A DNA stretch of 63,591 nt, filler included, from Reticulomyxa filosa (GCA_000512085.1; 15 parts of 15 records of this genome joined end to end with filler, not necessarily neighbours in it); one strand, 5' to 3'; positions 12,901 through 26,202 are shown, numbered from the whole stretch's first letter. The notes: generated from the sequence alone by a model not told the origin. Made by a program: numbers and translations.

Positions 12901-14988
12901 CAATGCCAATGCCAATGCCAATGTCAATATCAATGCCAATGTCAATGCCGATTGTCACCACGTGTCCATCTCGGCTATCACCGTGCCCGTGCATGCCATG
13001 TCTCATATGCAGCATATGCTGGCGTCCAAGCACCACAGCGCTAGCGTCCCTGTTCACATTGCCGAAGACACACCCAGTGAGGTCTCATTTAGTGTGGCCA
13101 GCGCACGCCCCGCTCTCGTTGATGTCGACGCCGAAAAACACGACGTCGCCTCCAACTTTCCCTTGCCACCTGCGCTCTTGATTCCGTCGTTGCAAACCAG
13201 CGACTTGTCATCCAATGAAAATGACCACGATCATGAATCCGCATGTGAGCATCAACACCAACACCAACAACATGTCCATGCCCATATCCATGTCCATACA
13301 CATGAACATGAACAAGACCAGGGACATTCGCATGAGCATATGCATGTGCAGGAGGTAGACATAAAGATCGAGCAAGAACAAGGATTGACACAGACAGGAG
13401 AAGAAGAAGAAAAAGAAGAGAAAGGAGGAGAAGAAGAACAAGAGGAAGTGGAAGGAGGAGAAGAAGAAGAAGAAGAAGAGGAACAAGCAGAAGAGCGGCA
13501 GAAACGAGGACAGATAGAAGAATCAACACAGAACCAAGAAGAACAAGGACACGAACAAGAGAAGGAGCACAAGCACGGACATTCGGACGCAAAAGAAAAC
13601 AAGGCCGAAACAGAGTTCAATATAATCGAACAGCGCCTGGACAGGTTGCGACACGAACGAAGTATTGCGATGAAACTGAAGCTGCAAAGCCAATCCGAAA
13701 AATGCAAGGCCAACATCTTCACGCCATTAAATCGAGACAAAGAGGAGGAGGAGTACCTGCAAAGATTAAAAAACATTGAAAAGGATATCGCCGAGTTGAA
13801 GGAGATGCAGAAGAACCTAATTCGCAAGGAGAAGGAGAAAGAAAAAGAAAAGGAAAAAGGAAGGGAAAAAGAAAAGGGAAAACAAGTTGAATGTGAAAAA
13901 ACTGAAATGAGAACACTTGACATTAATCAGGAAAACAAAAAAGGAGAGCGAGGTCGAAAGAGAGAAAGATTACGACATGTTTCTGTCAAAACCATGAAAG
14001 ATCAAACTCTTGATCGACTTTGTCCACAATACGAGCATATCCCACGTTCCCAGAGTTTTTCCGGAAAATTAGCTAAATCGTCGGTATTTAGCAAATCAAT
14101 ATACATATATACATATATACAATATGTGTATATATACGCATATATTATGTGTATACATAGCATATACGTACAATACACACATTGTCTGTAGAAAACAAAA
14201 CAATTTGCCATTACATTTTAAAACTAACCTTTGTTATTGAAATAAAAAAGGCAACTTTTAACTTCAACGAGATCAGTTTAGATTTGGGACAAATAAAAAA
14301 GCAAATTCCTCAAAACTCTCGTTCACCATCGTTCAGTGTTCGTCCGCGCCAAGCGGCCAATAGCGATTCCTTGTCTCCAGATCGTGACATGGCGGAATGC
14401 GGCACCGAGGGCGGAGTGCGTTTATTTCAACAACACTCGCAGGAGATATCCAGCACAAGTTTGGCATTGCCAACACCAGTTTCGCAATTGGAAGGAATAG
14501 GGATCAGTCCGACCAGCAGCAGTGCGTTTATCGGGTTCCCTGACAACAATGCTACGCCGACGCAATTTCAAATGCCCGTGGTCGTCACCACCCCGTCGCT
14601 AATGGAAACAACGACAATGCAACCGGCCTCGCCTATGGCCATAGATCAACATTTGGCCGTTTGGAATGACAACTTCAAGAAAATGGGAAGCGACGAATGG
14701 GCGACGGAGGAAAGCGCATCTCTCGCGACGTCGACGATGGGAAGCATGTGGCCCTCCACTTCCGTGCTCATGGCCGAGGAGACGTTGTCGCAGTTCCCAC
14801 GGAGTTTGGAGATCAATGAGTGCAAAAAGTTGGATGCGCCGCCGTTCTGTAATAACAACATTTATCAAAAGGCAAACAACAAAATGATTTGCCTTCGACA
14901 GCAGCTGTTGTGCGAATACAACAACTACATTGCCGAACAAGAGGATATGCTCATGTTGCTCTTGCTGAAGCATCAAGGTTACGTATAA
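9964..14988 (+). CDS. WNK-family Ser/Thr protein kinase (5'-partial) with CCT-like domain and long low-complexity tail
   Basis: Kinase motifs [43 protein letters not shown] and KVDIYAFGMCVVEM. Intron 10727-11006. CCT-like segment HKVNFTFHPIKESIHNVVEEMVRDL. Poly-N, (VN/AN)n and E-rich tracts downstream. Confidence 0.9.
11868..12040 (+). repeat. (AAT/AAC)n microsatellite encoding poly-Asn within the kinase tail
   Basis: Continuous aacaataat repeats seen directly. Confidence 0.9.
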
Positions 14989-15259
14989 TGAGAGAAGAGG
15001 AGGGTTCTTTCTCTCTCTTTATCAAATACCTTTTGATCTGTGTAATATAATACATATCAACGAGGTATTATATATACATATATATATGTANNNNNNNNNN
15101 NNNNNNNNNNNNNNNNNNNNNNNNNNNNNNNNNNTTAATTAATTAANNNNNNNNNNNNNNNNNNNNNNNNNNNNNNNNNNNNNNNNNNNNTTTTTTTTTT
15201 TTTTTTTTTTGGAAAGTGAAAGGGAGGAAGAAAATTCAAAGAGGAGGGACAAACTGCCT

Positions 15260-15687
15260 TAAGATTTCTTGTTCTCCAGAATTCGGCGGTTGTTTGCGGT
15301 TACGGAAATTGTAACGCTGAGGAAACACGAAAGCAATTTGTGGTGCTGGGACAGATCTTGATCGCTTGGGCGTTTTTTGACGGTTTAGTTTTTTAGTCTA
15401 ATGAGAGAGAGTGGAGGGAGGGAAAAAATAAAAATAAAAAGATCGAAACAATTGGTGGGAACATTTTTACCCTCTCCTCTTCTAAAAATTCTCTTTACCT
15501 CCTTGACACAGTGGTCACACAGTGTGCAACCACATTGCCCCGTTTGGAACCTGTAAAAATTGTCATTTGTTTTTTCTTTTTTGTCTTGGACTGGTTTCCG
15601 GAGGCACATTTTGCATTTTGAATCTTCAGACACAATGTACCACTCATCGGAAAAATTTGGCCGGTCACAAAATGGACAATTTGTCAT
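15260..15687 (-). CDS. Cys-rich zinc-finger (RING-like) protein, 5' part
   Basis: CPFC, CKMC and CGCTLCDHC motifs. Probable intron ~15475-15398 followed by an open exon. Confidence 0.45.
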
Positions 15688-16974
15688 TGTTAATTATCTA
15701 TGGGAGCTACACAACGAAAAATTAATTAACGAACCAACGTTTCAAAGAAAACCTCAGAGGCAGTGAGCTTTTTAAAACGATTACAATCACCTGACACTTA
15801 TTATAAAACGCTGCTTGAAAATATTCTGGCAAAGAATAGTATCACTCATTTAAACCAAGCAAGAGTTGATTTTTCTGTGTATCGTGTTTTGGTCCACAAA
15901 TCGATCAATTATCTGTCAAACATGAAGTTAGAATTTTTGTAATTGTGCAGTAAAAAAACAAAAACATATTAGAAATAAAACAAATGTATTGCAGTTTAAA
16001 TTATAAAACAAAAATTCACTTATATAATGACGTGGAAGAAAAAAAACAATTAATTTTGCTTTAAGTTTGTCTAAATTTGCGTTCACTCTTTTGTATTGCG
16101 AGACATGTAATTGTTTGCTTATTCTACGGTTTGTTATTTATCAATGAATAAGTAATGTTAATATGTCATTTTATTAAACTGCAGCATTATTAAAAGAAAT
16201 TTCTTGAAAATTCAATTTTCAAAAAGCAAAATCAAGACCGAAAACACAATGTTGATGTTTAGTAAAATAAAATTTATTTCTGGACAATAGACTTGGCATA
16301 GAAACTAATGAAATTTGCTCAAAATAATAGCCTTTATTGTACCTTGTGCTACGTAGTGACTATGTCTAAAATAATAGTTTTATGCAAGTATATTCAGCAT
16401 AAATAGATTTGTAATTGATGATATATTTATCGTGTTTAATTATTGTGGATGTACACACAATCAGAGAGACAACACGTGGAGGAGATTCCAATGTCCCAAA
16501 AGGATTTTACAATTGGTCTTGTCCAGTCATGCAATGTGTATTACTTGAACTAAAGGGATAGTTGGTAAGTAAGAAAGAAACTTTTTGTAAATCAATTTCG
16601 CTAAAACAAGATTTACACTTTTATCAATTCTTCTTTGGAAATGGAAAAAATGCTTAACCACACAATTTTTGGAAAAATACTTTATTTCGAATTTATTTAA
16701 ATGTAGATATAAAAATCTTGACATATGATGATTGACTTTTTATATGAAAAATCACATTTTTGAAAAGATCTAAAAATCTTCAAGTGTTTCAAAATTCATT
16801 TTTTTTCTAAATTTTATAAATTTTACTTTTTTTATATAAATTTCGAAATTTTTTGTATCAAATAGCAAAGTGGCTAATAATCAAATAATAGTATTCAAAT
16901 AAACATTGTTCAATTTTAATTTTTTGACAACTAATTAGCCAACAGTAGAAAAAAGTTCAATTTTTCTTTTTCAT

Positions 16975-17720
16975 CAAGACGGACATACTGGTTGTTTATG
17001 GAGTATTGATTATTCAAAACTTGATATTGATCAATTCACTTGTTATGGATCATCTGATAAAACAGCCAGTATACGCGATGTTGACAACAACAAACAAATA
17101 TGTTCATTTAATGGACGTTCAGGTCAAGTATTTTGTGTGAAATTTTCACTATATTCTTATCATCATCATTGTAATGTTGTTTGTTCTTCATCAAATGATA
17201 AAACAATTCGTTTTTGAGATACCAAACATAATCAACAATTGCAAATATTGAACGAACATACTAATGCTATTTATAGTATTGAATTTTCACCGGATATACA
17301 ATTTGTTCTGGATCATGCGGTAGAGCAATTCGTATATGTGATATTAAAACAGCTAAACAATTCATTATATCAAAGGACATAGGGTTCATGTGGGTAGTGA
17401 AAATATGGATCAAATGAATTAGGAAATATTGTTTGTGCAAATACAATATTATCTGGATTATTTGATAAAAGTATTTGGTTGTATGATATTTGATCAAGTC
17501 AGCAAATTCAAGAATTTAATGACATATAAGTTGTGTGAATGCTGTTGAATATTACCATTCGTATCAAATAATATTGAAGTCTGTTGTTGTTCAAATGTGA
17601 TATGTTCTGCATCAAGTGATAATACAATTCGTTTTTGGGACATTCGATCAAATAAGATTAATTGTATGTGATCAAGCAGATAAAAAAGAAAATAGTTGAA
17701 TATTGTACATTAAATTGCAA
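16975..17720 (+). pseudogene. Decayed WD40-repeat pseudogene
   Basis: Manual translation gives GHTGCLWSIDYS...SSDKTASIRD, SSSNDKTIRF*D (TGG>TGA) and SASSDNTIRFWDIRSNK, with several stops and frameshifts and no long ORF. Confidence 0.85.
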
Positions 17721-18498
17721 AAAAAACTGCCATAACTAAATGGCACTATATGAAGAGAATCGATTTTCTCCATGAAAAANNNNNNNNNNNNNNNNNNNNN
17801 NNNNNNNNNNNNNNNNNNNNNNNTTAATTAATTAANNNNNNNNNNNNNNNNNNNNNNNNNNNNNNNNNNNNNNNNNNNNCCGGGTTTTTAAAAACCCGGA
17901 ATTCAAACCCTTTCGGTTCCAACTTGAATACAAATGAACGTCACCTTCTTTTCCCTGGGACGACAATCTTTTTTTCTCCTCTTTTTTCACATGTGCATCC
18001 ACAACAGTTTTGTTACGGGTAATATCACTGTTATAATTTGTTTTAAAGATATTTCTCAAAACTCCAAACGCGAATTTAACAACCCTTTGCCGGTCATCCA
18101 CAGCAAAATGCTTATATTTCACATCAAAATAGCGAGTATGAAAAGCTGTGTCATCGGAAAGAAAAGTGTTTGTTGACAACTGTCTAACTGTTCCAAAACG
18201 TCATATCACATTGTTTGGAGACTACCCTCAAAAAAATCCAAAAGAGGAGCACTCACAAGTAAGAATCACACAAAAACTCATAGCCCACACTTTTTGATTT
18301 TACTGTGACAAATTCTTTGTTTAGTTTTTTTTCTTTTCTTGCAGGAGCACTAAAAAAAAAAAAAAAGAATAAAATAAATAACAAGAAAGTTACATCACTA
18401 GCTACAGGTAAAAAAATCACTGCAGCAACAAACAAGTACAAAACTCTCAAGCAAAAAAAAAAAAGAAATCAAATCCAAAGGAATTGTGCATAACAAAT

Positions 18499-19899
18499 TT
18501 AGGTTTCTGTCTTGCTCTTTTGTTTGTCTAGCATGCGTTTTCGTTCATCTCTGACGCCCCTTACTTGCATAAACTTTGCAAAAGATAACCTATCCATAGA
18601 TATAATGTGTACTTAGTATATATGCATCATAGTGCAAGGAGTCCGAACAAAAATCTTGCACAAGGGAGAAATAAGTAAATATTGAGAAAGAGATAGAGAA
18701 AAAAAAAAAAAGGGAACAAAACTTATTGTCATCACAATTGGCATTTTTCAACAAAGCCTTAGCTTTGTCTAAAACTTTTTCTTTGGAATATCTGATAACA
18801 GAGGAATTGACACCACCTTCAAGAGTTGCAGCAATTTGATTTTCGGTAAGCAACAATCGACCAATGTCTTCAACGGTCAAGTATCCATCATCATCGTAAT
18901 CATAGCACAGAAATAGGATGTATGCCGCCTCTTCATCATCGCCACTTACCAATGCGCTGATCCCACTGCTGAAATCAAAAAAATCAATGCATCCAATGGG
19001 TTCATCCAACTCATTCTCGCCTTTGGGCTGTTTGAAGTTGAAGTATTCTAACACACGGTTCCGCGCATGTGGAAACAGCCGAATGCCTAAGCTCAAGAGC
19101 GCCTTTTCCAATCCTTCTTCGTCCATTAACTTTTCATCTATGTGCAATGGACAGAAGATCCAACGTTGCATAGTACTATGTAATATTAAACATTTTGCAT
19201 ATGCGCTTCTTTTCTTAATTGCGTCACTGCGATGTGTATTTTAGACCCCTCATCTTCTTTCCCCCTTTTTTTTTTTTTTTTTGTCTTTTTTTGCACCGCA
19301 CGTTGGTCATTTCGATATTGTTGCGCGCATGTGTTCATTTTTTTTTTTTGAGTTTTACAATAGAATACCATGTATTGCGGCACTGTTCACTGCTGCAAAC
19401 TTTTCGTACAAAGGTTTCGTACTAAATGCTTGTCCTTGTGCATACGTATCGTATTGGTGATCAAACATACTCAAATTCCTTTGTGATTGCTCTTCCAAAA
19501 CAGCTTTTTTGTCATGTCCACGTAGCGAGTCTACAAACCGAGCATCTTTTAGGATATTTTCTGATGGTTCGTCGTCGTTTTTTTCATTGTTGCTAATTTC
19601 ACTGTTGCAATTACGTATACATGCACACAAGTTAGGAATTGTTAATAGGTTCTTTTTTTTTTTTCATTTCAAAACTTCTCATTAATTTCTGCTGGTGTAA
19701 TAACAATGTTAGCCTTTTGGACTACTTCTGGCTCTTGTTGTTGTGTTTCTTTAGTTTGATCAGGCGCGTTTTGTGTCGGCTGAGGTGCTGGTGTGTTTGA
19801 CTGCACTTTTTTATTTGCCTCTTTGGTTGCTTCTATCTTCTCTGGAGTATCCACATTTTTGTTTTCTTCTGCCGATTTGGACCCTTGACAACAGCCCAT
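18499..19899 (-). CDS. Calcineurin-B/NCS-like EF-hand protein with N-terminal MGCC acylation motif
   Basis: EF-hand loops YDYDDDGYLTVED and IDFFDF. Last exon LSFAKFMQV... ends at a stop at 18499. First exon begins MGCCQGSK. Confidence 0.75.
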
Positions 19900-20407
19900 T
19901 ACTTCTCAGAGTAGATTTTTTCCGTTCCTTTTTTTTTTCCCCTCCCTTATAACAAAAAAAAAAAAGACAAGAAGAGCGAGCGCACGTACAAATACTGACT
20001 GTGCTCTAGATACGGCAAGGTACTGTCCGAAAAAAAAAAAAAGGACTGTTTGTTACTGTCGTCGCAAAGGTTTGTGGTGTCTACAGCGACACGCCCTGCC
20101 ACACACTTTTTTTTACTGTTGCGATGCATGAAAAGTAATTTAAAAAGAGGAAACAAAAAAAAAAAGAATGCGAAATATTAGGACTGGTTTATTTCCATCG
20201 CTCTAATTTTTTAAAATTCTTGCGAATCCAAAAAAAATAAACAGGTTCGATCATTTGACAAAAATATGTTGTAAGATAGATTGACATATGTATGCAGAGA
20301 AAAGAGTATAGTGAGAGCAAGGATGCGCATAAGAAGAGATTGATAGATAGATAAGAGAGAGAGTAAAAAAAAAAAAAGATTAAAGCAAGTCAAGTGAACA
20401 ATTTTCA

Positions 20408-21448
20408 TTAAGCATAGTCGGTCTTTGTTTTTGGAGCAAACAAGTGCGAAGGAAGTTTAACCCAAACAGGTTCACGCCCAAGTAAACTGCCAAAAAAGCC
20501 GTCGAGATTGAAATTTTGACTTTTTGCGCGTTTTCTTGCGGCGACGATACTCCTTTGATCTTTGGATAAAAGAGAATAAAGTTCGAGTTTGTGTTTGTCT
20601 TTGGGACTAGCAACGGAAGCAAAGAGGTCGGACTTGAGGAGCGTTTTTTCCTCGTCAGCCAAAGTGTCCCAATGTGAAGGATAGCGAGCCAAAGTTCGCA
20701 GCAGCTGTTGTTGGCGTTGAATTTGTTCGGCAATGTACAAACTGTGAAAGTCGGTATGCGCTTGTATACGTCGATAATAGCCTTCATTAATTTTTGGAAA
20801 ATACATGGCAAGAAACACGCAATTGCGCGAAGCCAGTTCATACCAATTGTCACTCAGCGCCGTTGCTGTCATAGCAGCGACGCTCCAACAAGAGGAATAC
20901 TTTAAAATATGTGTCCACGTCACATTGTACTTGGACGTCAATGCGACAAAGATAACCATCCCACTTAAAAAACCCGCAATCCCTCTCGCCGCTATACTTT
21001 CACCCAATTGAAATCGCGCGTCTTTCAAAAAGTCAAACTGATACACACACGAGTGCAACAGACATTCGAAAATGGGCGTCGATGCCCCAAAGTATGTCCC
21101 GCGGACACCCCACTTGCACAACTGGAAAAATAACATTGATGCCCAAGGGTACGTCGATTGCCGGTTGAAATGCTTCAACCCTCCTATCTCCCACAGTGAG
21201 GACGGCCGGAAGTCACCACTGTGTGCCAGCTGTGGCCTCATTAGTCCACTCGTCGGCTTCAGCTTCGAGTTCGTTTGTCGCAGCAGTCGCTTGTGCTGGT
21301 GGTGCATTCTCAGAAAAAAACCCAAACCCGAGAGCAGGCCTGTTGCACAGCCGGTGGATGTGCAAAACCATATATAATGTGATTTACTTGAATCATACAC
21401 AATCGAGGAGGCAATATCATTATGACTTTCTATTGAAGCCATAGACAT
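20408..21448 (-). CDS. 346-aa intronless membrane protein, possibly Tim17/Tim22-family
   Basis: Gly-patterned hydrophobic helices (GCATGLLSG; FGAS..IFECLL; GIAGFLSGMV) resemble Tim17-family TM segments. The family call is weak. Confidence 0.45.
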   Translation of the reverse strand: MSMASIESHNDIASSIVYDSSKSHYIWFCTSTGCATGLLSGLGFFLRMHHQHKRLLRQTNSKLKPTSGLMRPQLAHSGDFRPSSLWEIGGLKHFNRQSTYPWASMLFFQLCKWGVRGTYFGASTPIFECLLHSCVYQFDFLKDARFQLGESIAARGIAGFLSGMVIFVALTSKYNVTWTHILKYSSCWSVAAMTATALSDNWYELASRNCVFLAMYFPKINEGYYRRIQAHTDFHSLYIAEQIQRQQQLLRTLARYPSHWDTLADEEKTLLKSDLFASVASPKDKHKLELYSLLSKDQRSIVAARKRAKSQNFNLDGFFGSLLGREPVWVKLPSHLFAPKTKTDYA

Positions 21449-22084
21449 GTTATCCCGTCAAGACTGAATTTTTCCTGCACTTTTTAGCGATACCATTTGC
21501 CAGCATAACTTTATCGCGCTAAAACGTAGATGCTAGACGATACAAGCACAATTTTTAAAATTTTCATTCAAATAGTCAAAAAAAAAGGCCATATCTTGAC
21601 TTATCATTTTCTTTTATAATACTAGGTTTGCAAAGAGGGTACTGTATTTTATTTGCTTCGACCTGAACGTAGCAGAATCAAGTTTGAAAGTATCGAAACA
21701 AGGAATTCTTGCATTCACATTAATCCTGTATCATTCACTGTCGAGGGTTTTAACTTAGCGAAAATAATTTTTTTGGAAGTTTCTTGCATTCTGCTAATAT
21801 GAAACCAATGATTGATAAGGGTGGGTGACAAATTACATTGTTGCAACAAGTTCAACTTTGAATTTTGAAAAAGAAATGCAACGTGATTTTGCAAACCACG
21901 GGTGGATATGCCGTTGCAATTTTTTTTAAGAAAAAAAAAGAAAATGTGTGAACATAAACTTTTTTTTCAAAAAATGTTTGTTTAATGAAAACAAAAGAAT
22001 ATCAAACACCGATTCTAATCAATCACCCAACTTTCTTTTTTTGACACAAACATGAACGTTTATGTCAAGCGCGAGTTGTTGAAT

Positions 22085-23050
22085 TTAGTGATGACCCTTG
22101 TGAGCTGGGGTGTGGTGTTCGTGCTTGCCATGTTCATGCTTGTCGTGATGTTCGTGCTTGTCGCCGTGGGAATGATTTTCATCATAGCCAGGATCATGAG
22201 GTTCATGATGGGCATGGTCTGTGTGTGGAATCCATGAGTGAACGCCCGGAGCAATTGCAGATGCTTCACCATTCTTGAACACATAAGGTTGCAAGCCCAA
22301 GTCTTGTCTCTTACGCCACAACGCTACATTAGCAGGTGTTGGTGGTAGCGTTTCCCAATTGTAACCTTGTGGAACTTCCCATCCTATGTTTTTCGGTTCA
22401 GTGTGTTAACAACATTTTTAAAACATTGTTCCCCCCTTTCTTTTCAATCAAAACAAATTTGTGTTACTTTTTTTTAAAGGTCAATTGTCTAATTTTTTTT
22501 TTTTTTTTTTTAATTTAAAAAAAACTACATAAAAAAAAAACACCCTTTTTTTCTTTTGAACCTGGTGCTGGATATTGCTTCACAACCTTTGGTTTCCTGC
22601 TCAAATAATACAAACCAAATTGAATGGCGAGCGTAACACCGAAGACTGCGGGAAAAAAGACTCCTACTGTTTGCTATCACATTGTTGTTTTGTATCGTTT
22701 TATCAATGCAAGTGTTGTGTCATAATTCTGCGAATTGACATAAACAAACCACGCGCACACGCAACACAATTTATCAATTCGCGGCAAACACAACGCGAAA
22801 ACAAATACAAATAAAATAAAAAAAAAAGGGAAATATTTTAAACATGTCTGCGGTTGTTCAAGACGTCAATTCGAATGTCGGACCCTTTTAAAGGTAAATA
22901 TTTGTTCCAAAAACCATTAATTTGCTCTGCAAACCCGGGTGACAGCTCCAAGTAGTTTGCTCTCACCGGGAAATTGTAGATTGGTCGTCCCCATCTAAAC
23001 CAACGACATGAAGCATTCCAAGTTGTTACCAATAACTTTTCGAATACCAT
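22085..23050 (-). CDS. Three-exon, 205-aa single-pass membrane protein with His-rich C-terminal tail
   Basis: Exons 23050-22844, 22673-22562 and 22383-22085 join in frame through GT-AG introns. TM segment VGVFFPAVFGVTLAIQFGLYYL. Tail HSHGDKHEHHDKHEHGKHEHHTPAHKGHH. Confidence 0.75.
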
Positions 23051-24374
23051 TGCAAGAGGAATGCGTATTACTTGTCTGAATTCAAAAAAAAGTTGATATG
23101 CCTTCAGCCAAAAAAAAAGTGTAGCTGCTCAGCAACTGTCTTTTCTACGTTGTGACTGTTTTCGCTCTACAAAAAAATTTTGTATATCCATTGTTCTCAG
23201 ACTAATTTTTTGTTATTATGCTTTAAATAACTAACTTTTCCTTGACAAAGACCAATTTATACAATTTTTCTCAAGTTTATTATAATTTTGCTAACATTTT
23301 AGCACAAACATTTCTAAAACTTGAAGTCAAACAGATAAAATTTCAATGTGTCAGCAGCTACAAATTATAAGAAAATATTGTCTAATGTTAACTATTCCTT
23401 TAAAGTTTTCTTGAAAATTCCAGGCTTGTCTGAGTCTTGTGAGATGTACGTATGGCATACAGTCTCGTAAGAGTTAATGTGATTAAAAGTGACATCTTAT
23501 GAACAACTTAGAAAAGGATGATGAACATTTTGTTTCTTAAACTTTTCTTGTTTGTCTGTTGTATTTTGGGGATTATTTGTTTTAATGCATTCATTGTTGA
23601 AATAAAGTACACTAATCGGACTAACTCTTCCTATTTTTTATTTGAAAGAAAAACAAGTATTATTGACAAAACAACATATTCTATATTTTGTATTTAAGTG
23701 AACAAATTTGATTTAAATTTTAAATTTTTTGTGGCTTTTTCTTTGTTTGCTGTTAGTCAGCTTTCTTTTGTGTTTTATCACTATATCCTATGAAGCATTT
23801 TATTATTTGAAATTTGAGTAATTTACATAAAATATGGTTTACAACAAAAACAAAATTTATAATTGCTTCACCATAATACTTTTACTTTCTGTGTTTATTT
23901 TATGTTAAATACTTTAATATTAGTCAGTATAATTAATTTTAAACTTTTTTTGTTTGGTAAGATAGTAAAATATACAGTTGCGACAAAAAAAAATGGTCAA
24001 TAATAAAATATGAACTTTTTGTGTTTCTAACAAAAATTTTAGTAGCAAATTTGATTATTTTTTCTGGTTTACTGGATATACGTTTACACTTTTATAAGTA
24101 GTTTGTAAAAACAATAAACAAAAATTTAGAAAAATTGGAAGAAAAAAATTTTCAAAAATGATTGGAGTTGAGGTACAATCTCAACATCACCTTGAGGTAG
24201 GTAGCAGAATGTATTTGCTTTTTACAANNNNNNNNNNNNNNNNNNNNNNNNNNNNNNNNNNNNNNNNNNNNTTAATTAATTAANNNNNNNNNNNNNNNNN
24301 NNNNNNNNNNNNNNNNNNNNNNNNNNNAAATAAATAAATATATACATAAATATTTATATGTATACACAAACACG

Positions 24375-25629
24375 CATACTCTTTAATAGAGTTCTCCTTC
24401 GAATTGTCGATATCACGTATCGATGGATGAAAAGGAACATCTTGCTGTTCCTTGATGCCATAAACAGGGAATCCGTGTCGAATCATCAATGACGGATAGT
24501 CGAGAGCAGGGAAAAACAGCAGGTCTTCTTCCATGTCTTGCATGAGACTATAAATGGACTCCTCCTTACTCGTTCCGTTCCGTTCATGCTTCGCATATGC
24601 AGTCGGTGTGCTCACGGATGGCTCGCGCGTACATGACAAATGAATATCGTCCATTTGATCCATTGACATTCGTATACTCGAATTCAAAGTCGAATTGGTG
24701 ATCAAATCGTTCTTTTCCAGCATCAAAGTATCGTTGGTACTGCTGCTTCGACTATTACGATTGCTTTTGTTTTTGCTATTGTCATTGCTATTGCTATTGC
24801 TGTTACTGTTGCTGTTGCTGGTTTTGCTCCTTTGTCGTCGATTCAAATCGCGGGGACTAATGTTCTGCAACTGCTTCAACAGAAACAATTGTCTCTGACT
24901 TCCAATCGATGCGTTCGACAACACCAACGAAGACGATATGCTTTCGGAATGGCTCATCCACGATTCCAACGAATACGAGACATTGGATATCGAATCACTT
25001 CCGTGTGTGTGATGAAAAGGATTGAAATATGCATTGCTGTTGTAATGACTATACATATTATTGCAATTGCATGGAATTATATTGCTGTTATTGTTGCCGT
25101 TGTTCGAATTGACACCATAGACACCATTTTGCTGATATGTGGGGTCGCTATCCCAATCCGATGAGGCATGTGAGGTTGGTGACGAACAGCTCGATGAATA
25201 TTCATTGTCTGATGCTGAAAGAGATTTCGTCGAACGAGAGGAGCTATTCGATTTGGGTGAGCCTCCGCTGTCTCCATTTTCTTCACTTGATTCCGATGTC
25301 GTACCTTCTTCGTCTGAATTTACTTCCTCTACCTTTTTGTTCAAAGGCTCATCACCTTCTTCTCCTTCTTCTTCTTCTTCTTCTTCTTCTTCTGTCCATG
25401 GCTCATCCACTAAGGTCGTGTTTCCATTCTCTATCATGTCGTTCCTTCTTTTGTACGGCAGTTCTGCTTTATTTCTTTTCTGGTTCACCAATCGCGTCAA
25501 CGCTGACAGAGATTGTGGCGTTGATGCTGCTGAAACTGGACTATCAGTTCCATCTTCAAAAAAATTTTCTTTTGATTTTAAAAGCGATTCAAGACTCACT
25601 AAAGTTATTGTTTCTTCATTTCTTGCCAT
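24375..25629 (-). CDS. Ser/Glu/Asn-rich low-complexity protein, 5' exon, truncated by gap
   Basis: Long ORF of about 420 aa with poly-E and (SN)n, ending in TA-rich intron-like sequence. Confidence 0.6.
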
Positions 25630-26202
25630 TTTTTCTTTAGTTTTGGTTTTTCCTTTTTTTTTTCCCGTTCCTCTTTCACTACTCGATTAATCACGTTTGC
25701 TGAATATATTAAAGCAAAAAATTTGCACTTGCTATTGGAACTGGAGGTTATTAAGTAATACTCGAATTTGTAGACAGCAAGCGAGTTTTAAACTTTTGGG
25801 AAAATATCGTGAACATTTGACTCTTGCTTTGCAAGAAAGCGATATTTCAGAAATCTGTTGATCATATCGGCTTGAAGCTTTTATTATTGTCAGCATTAGC
25901 CTTCTCCAAAATAAAAAATGAAAGGCGGTAATAGAAGTGACTTACTTCTCTTTCTTGTTTCAACAAAACAGTATATTGGCAGATAAAAAAACGATAAAAT
26001 GGAAGTTGCATTTTAAACAATGGGGAAAAAATTGTATAGCGTTCGGTAACTTGAGCTTTAAGAATCGATTTTCTGGGAAAATCAGCAACGTTTGTTTTTA
26101 TTGTATCAAAAATGAAACCAATCTTGTCTCCCAGTTTTCCCCCTCCCCTCAACTTCCAATGAACCAACGAAAGCAAAACAAACAAAAACAAAAAAAAAAA
26201 GA

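Noticed and set aside
13089-13923. Long antisense and alternate-frame ORFs over the kinase tail (also at 25137-25690 and 33119-33490)
   Set aside because: Shadow ORFs produced by stop-poor GAA/CTT and hexamer repeats.
17880-17920. 20-bp palindrome CCGGGTTTTTAAAAACCCGG
   Set aside because: Sits at a contig edge in sequence with inflated homopolymers, typical of low-quality read ends.
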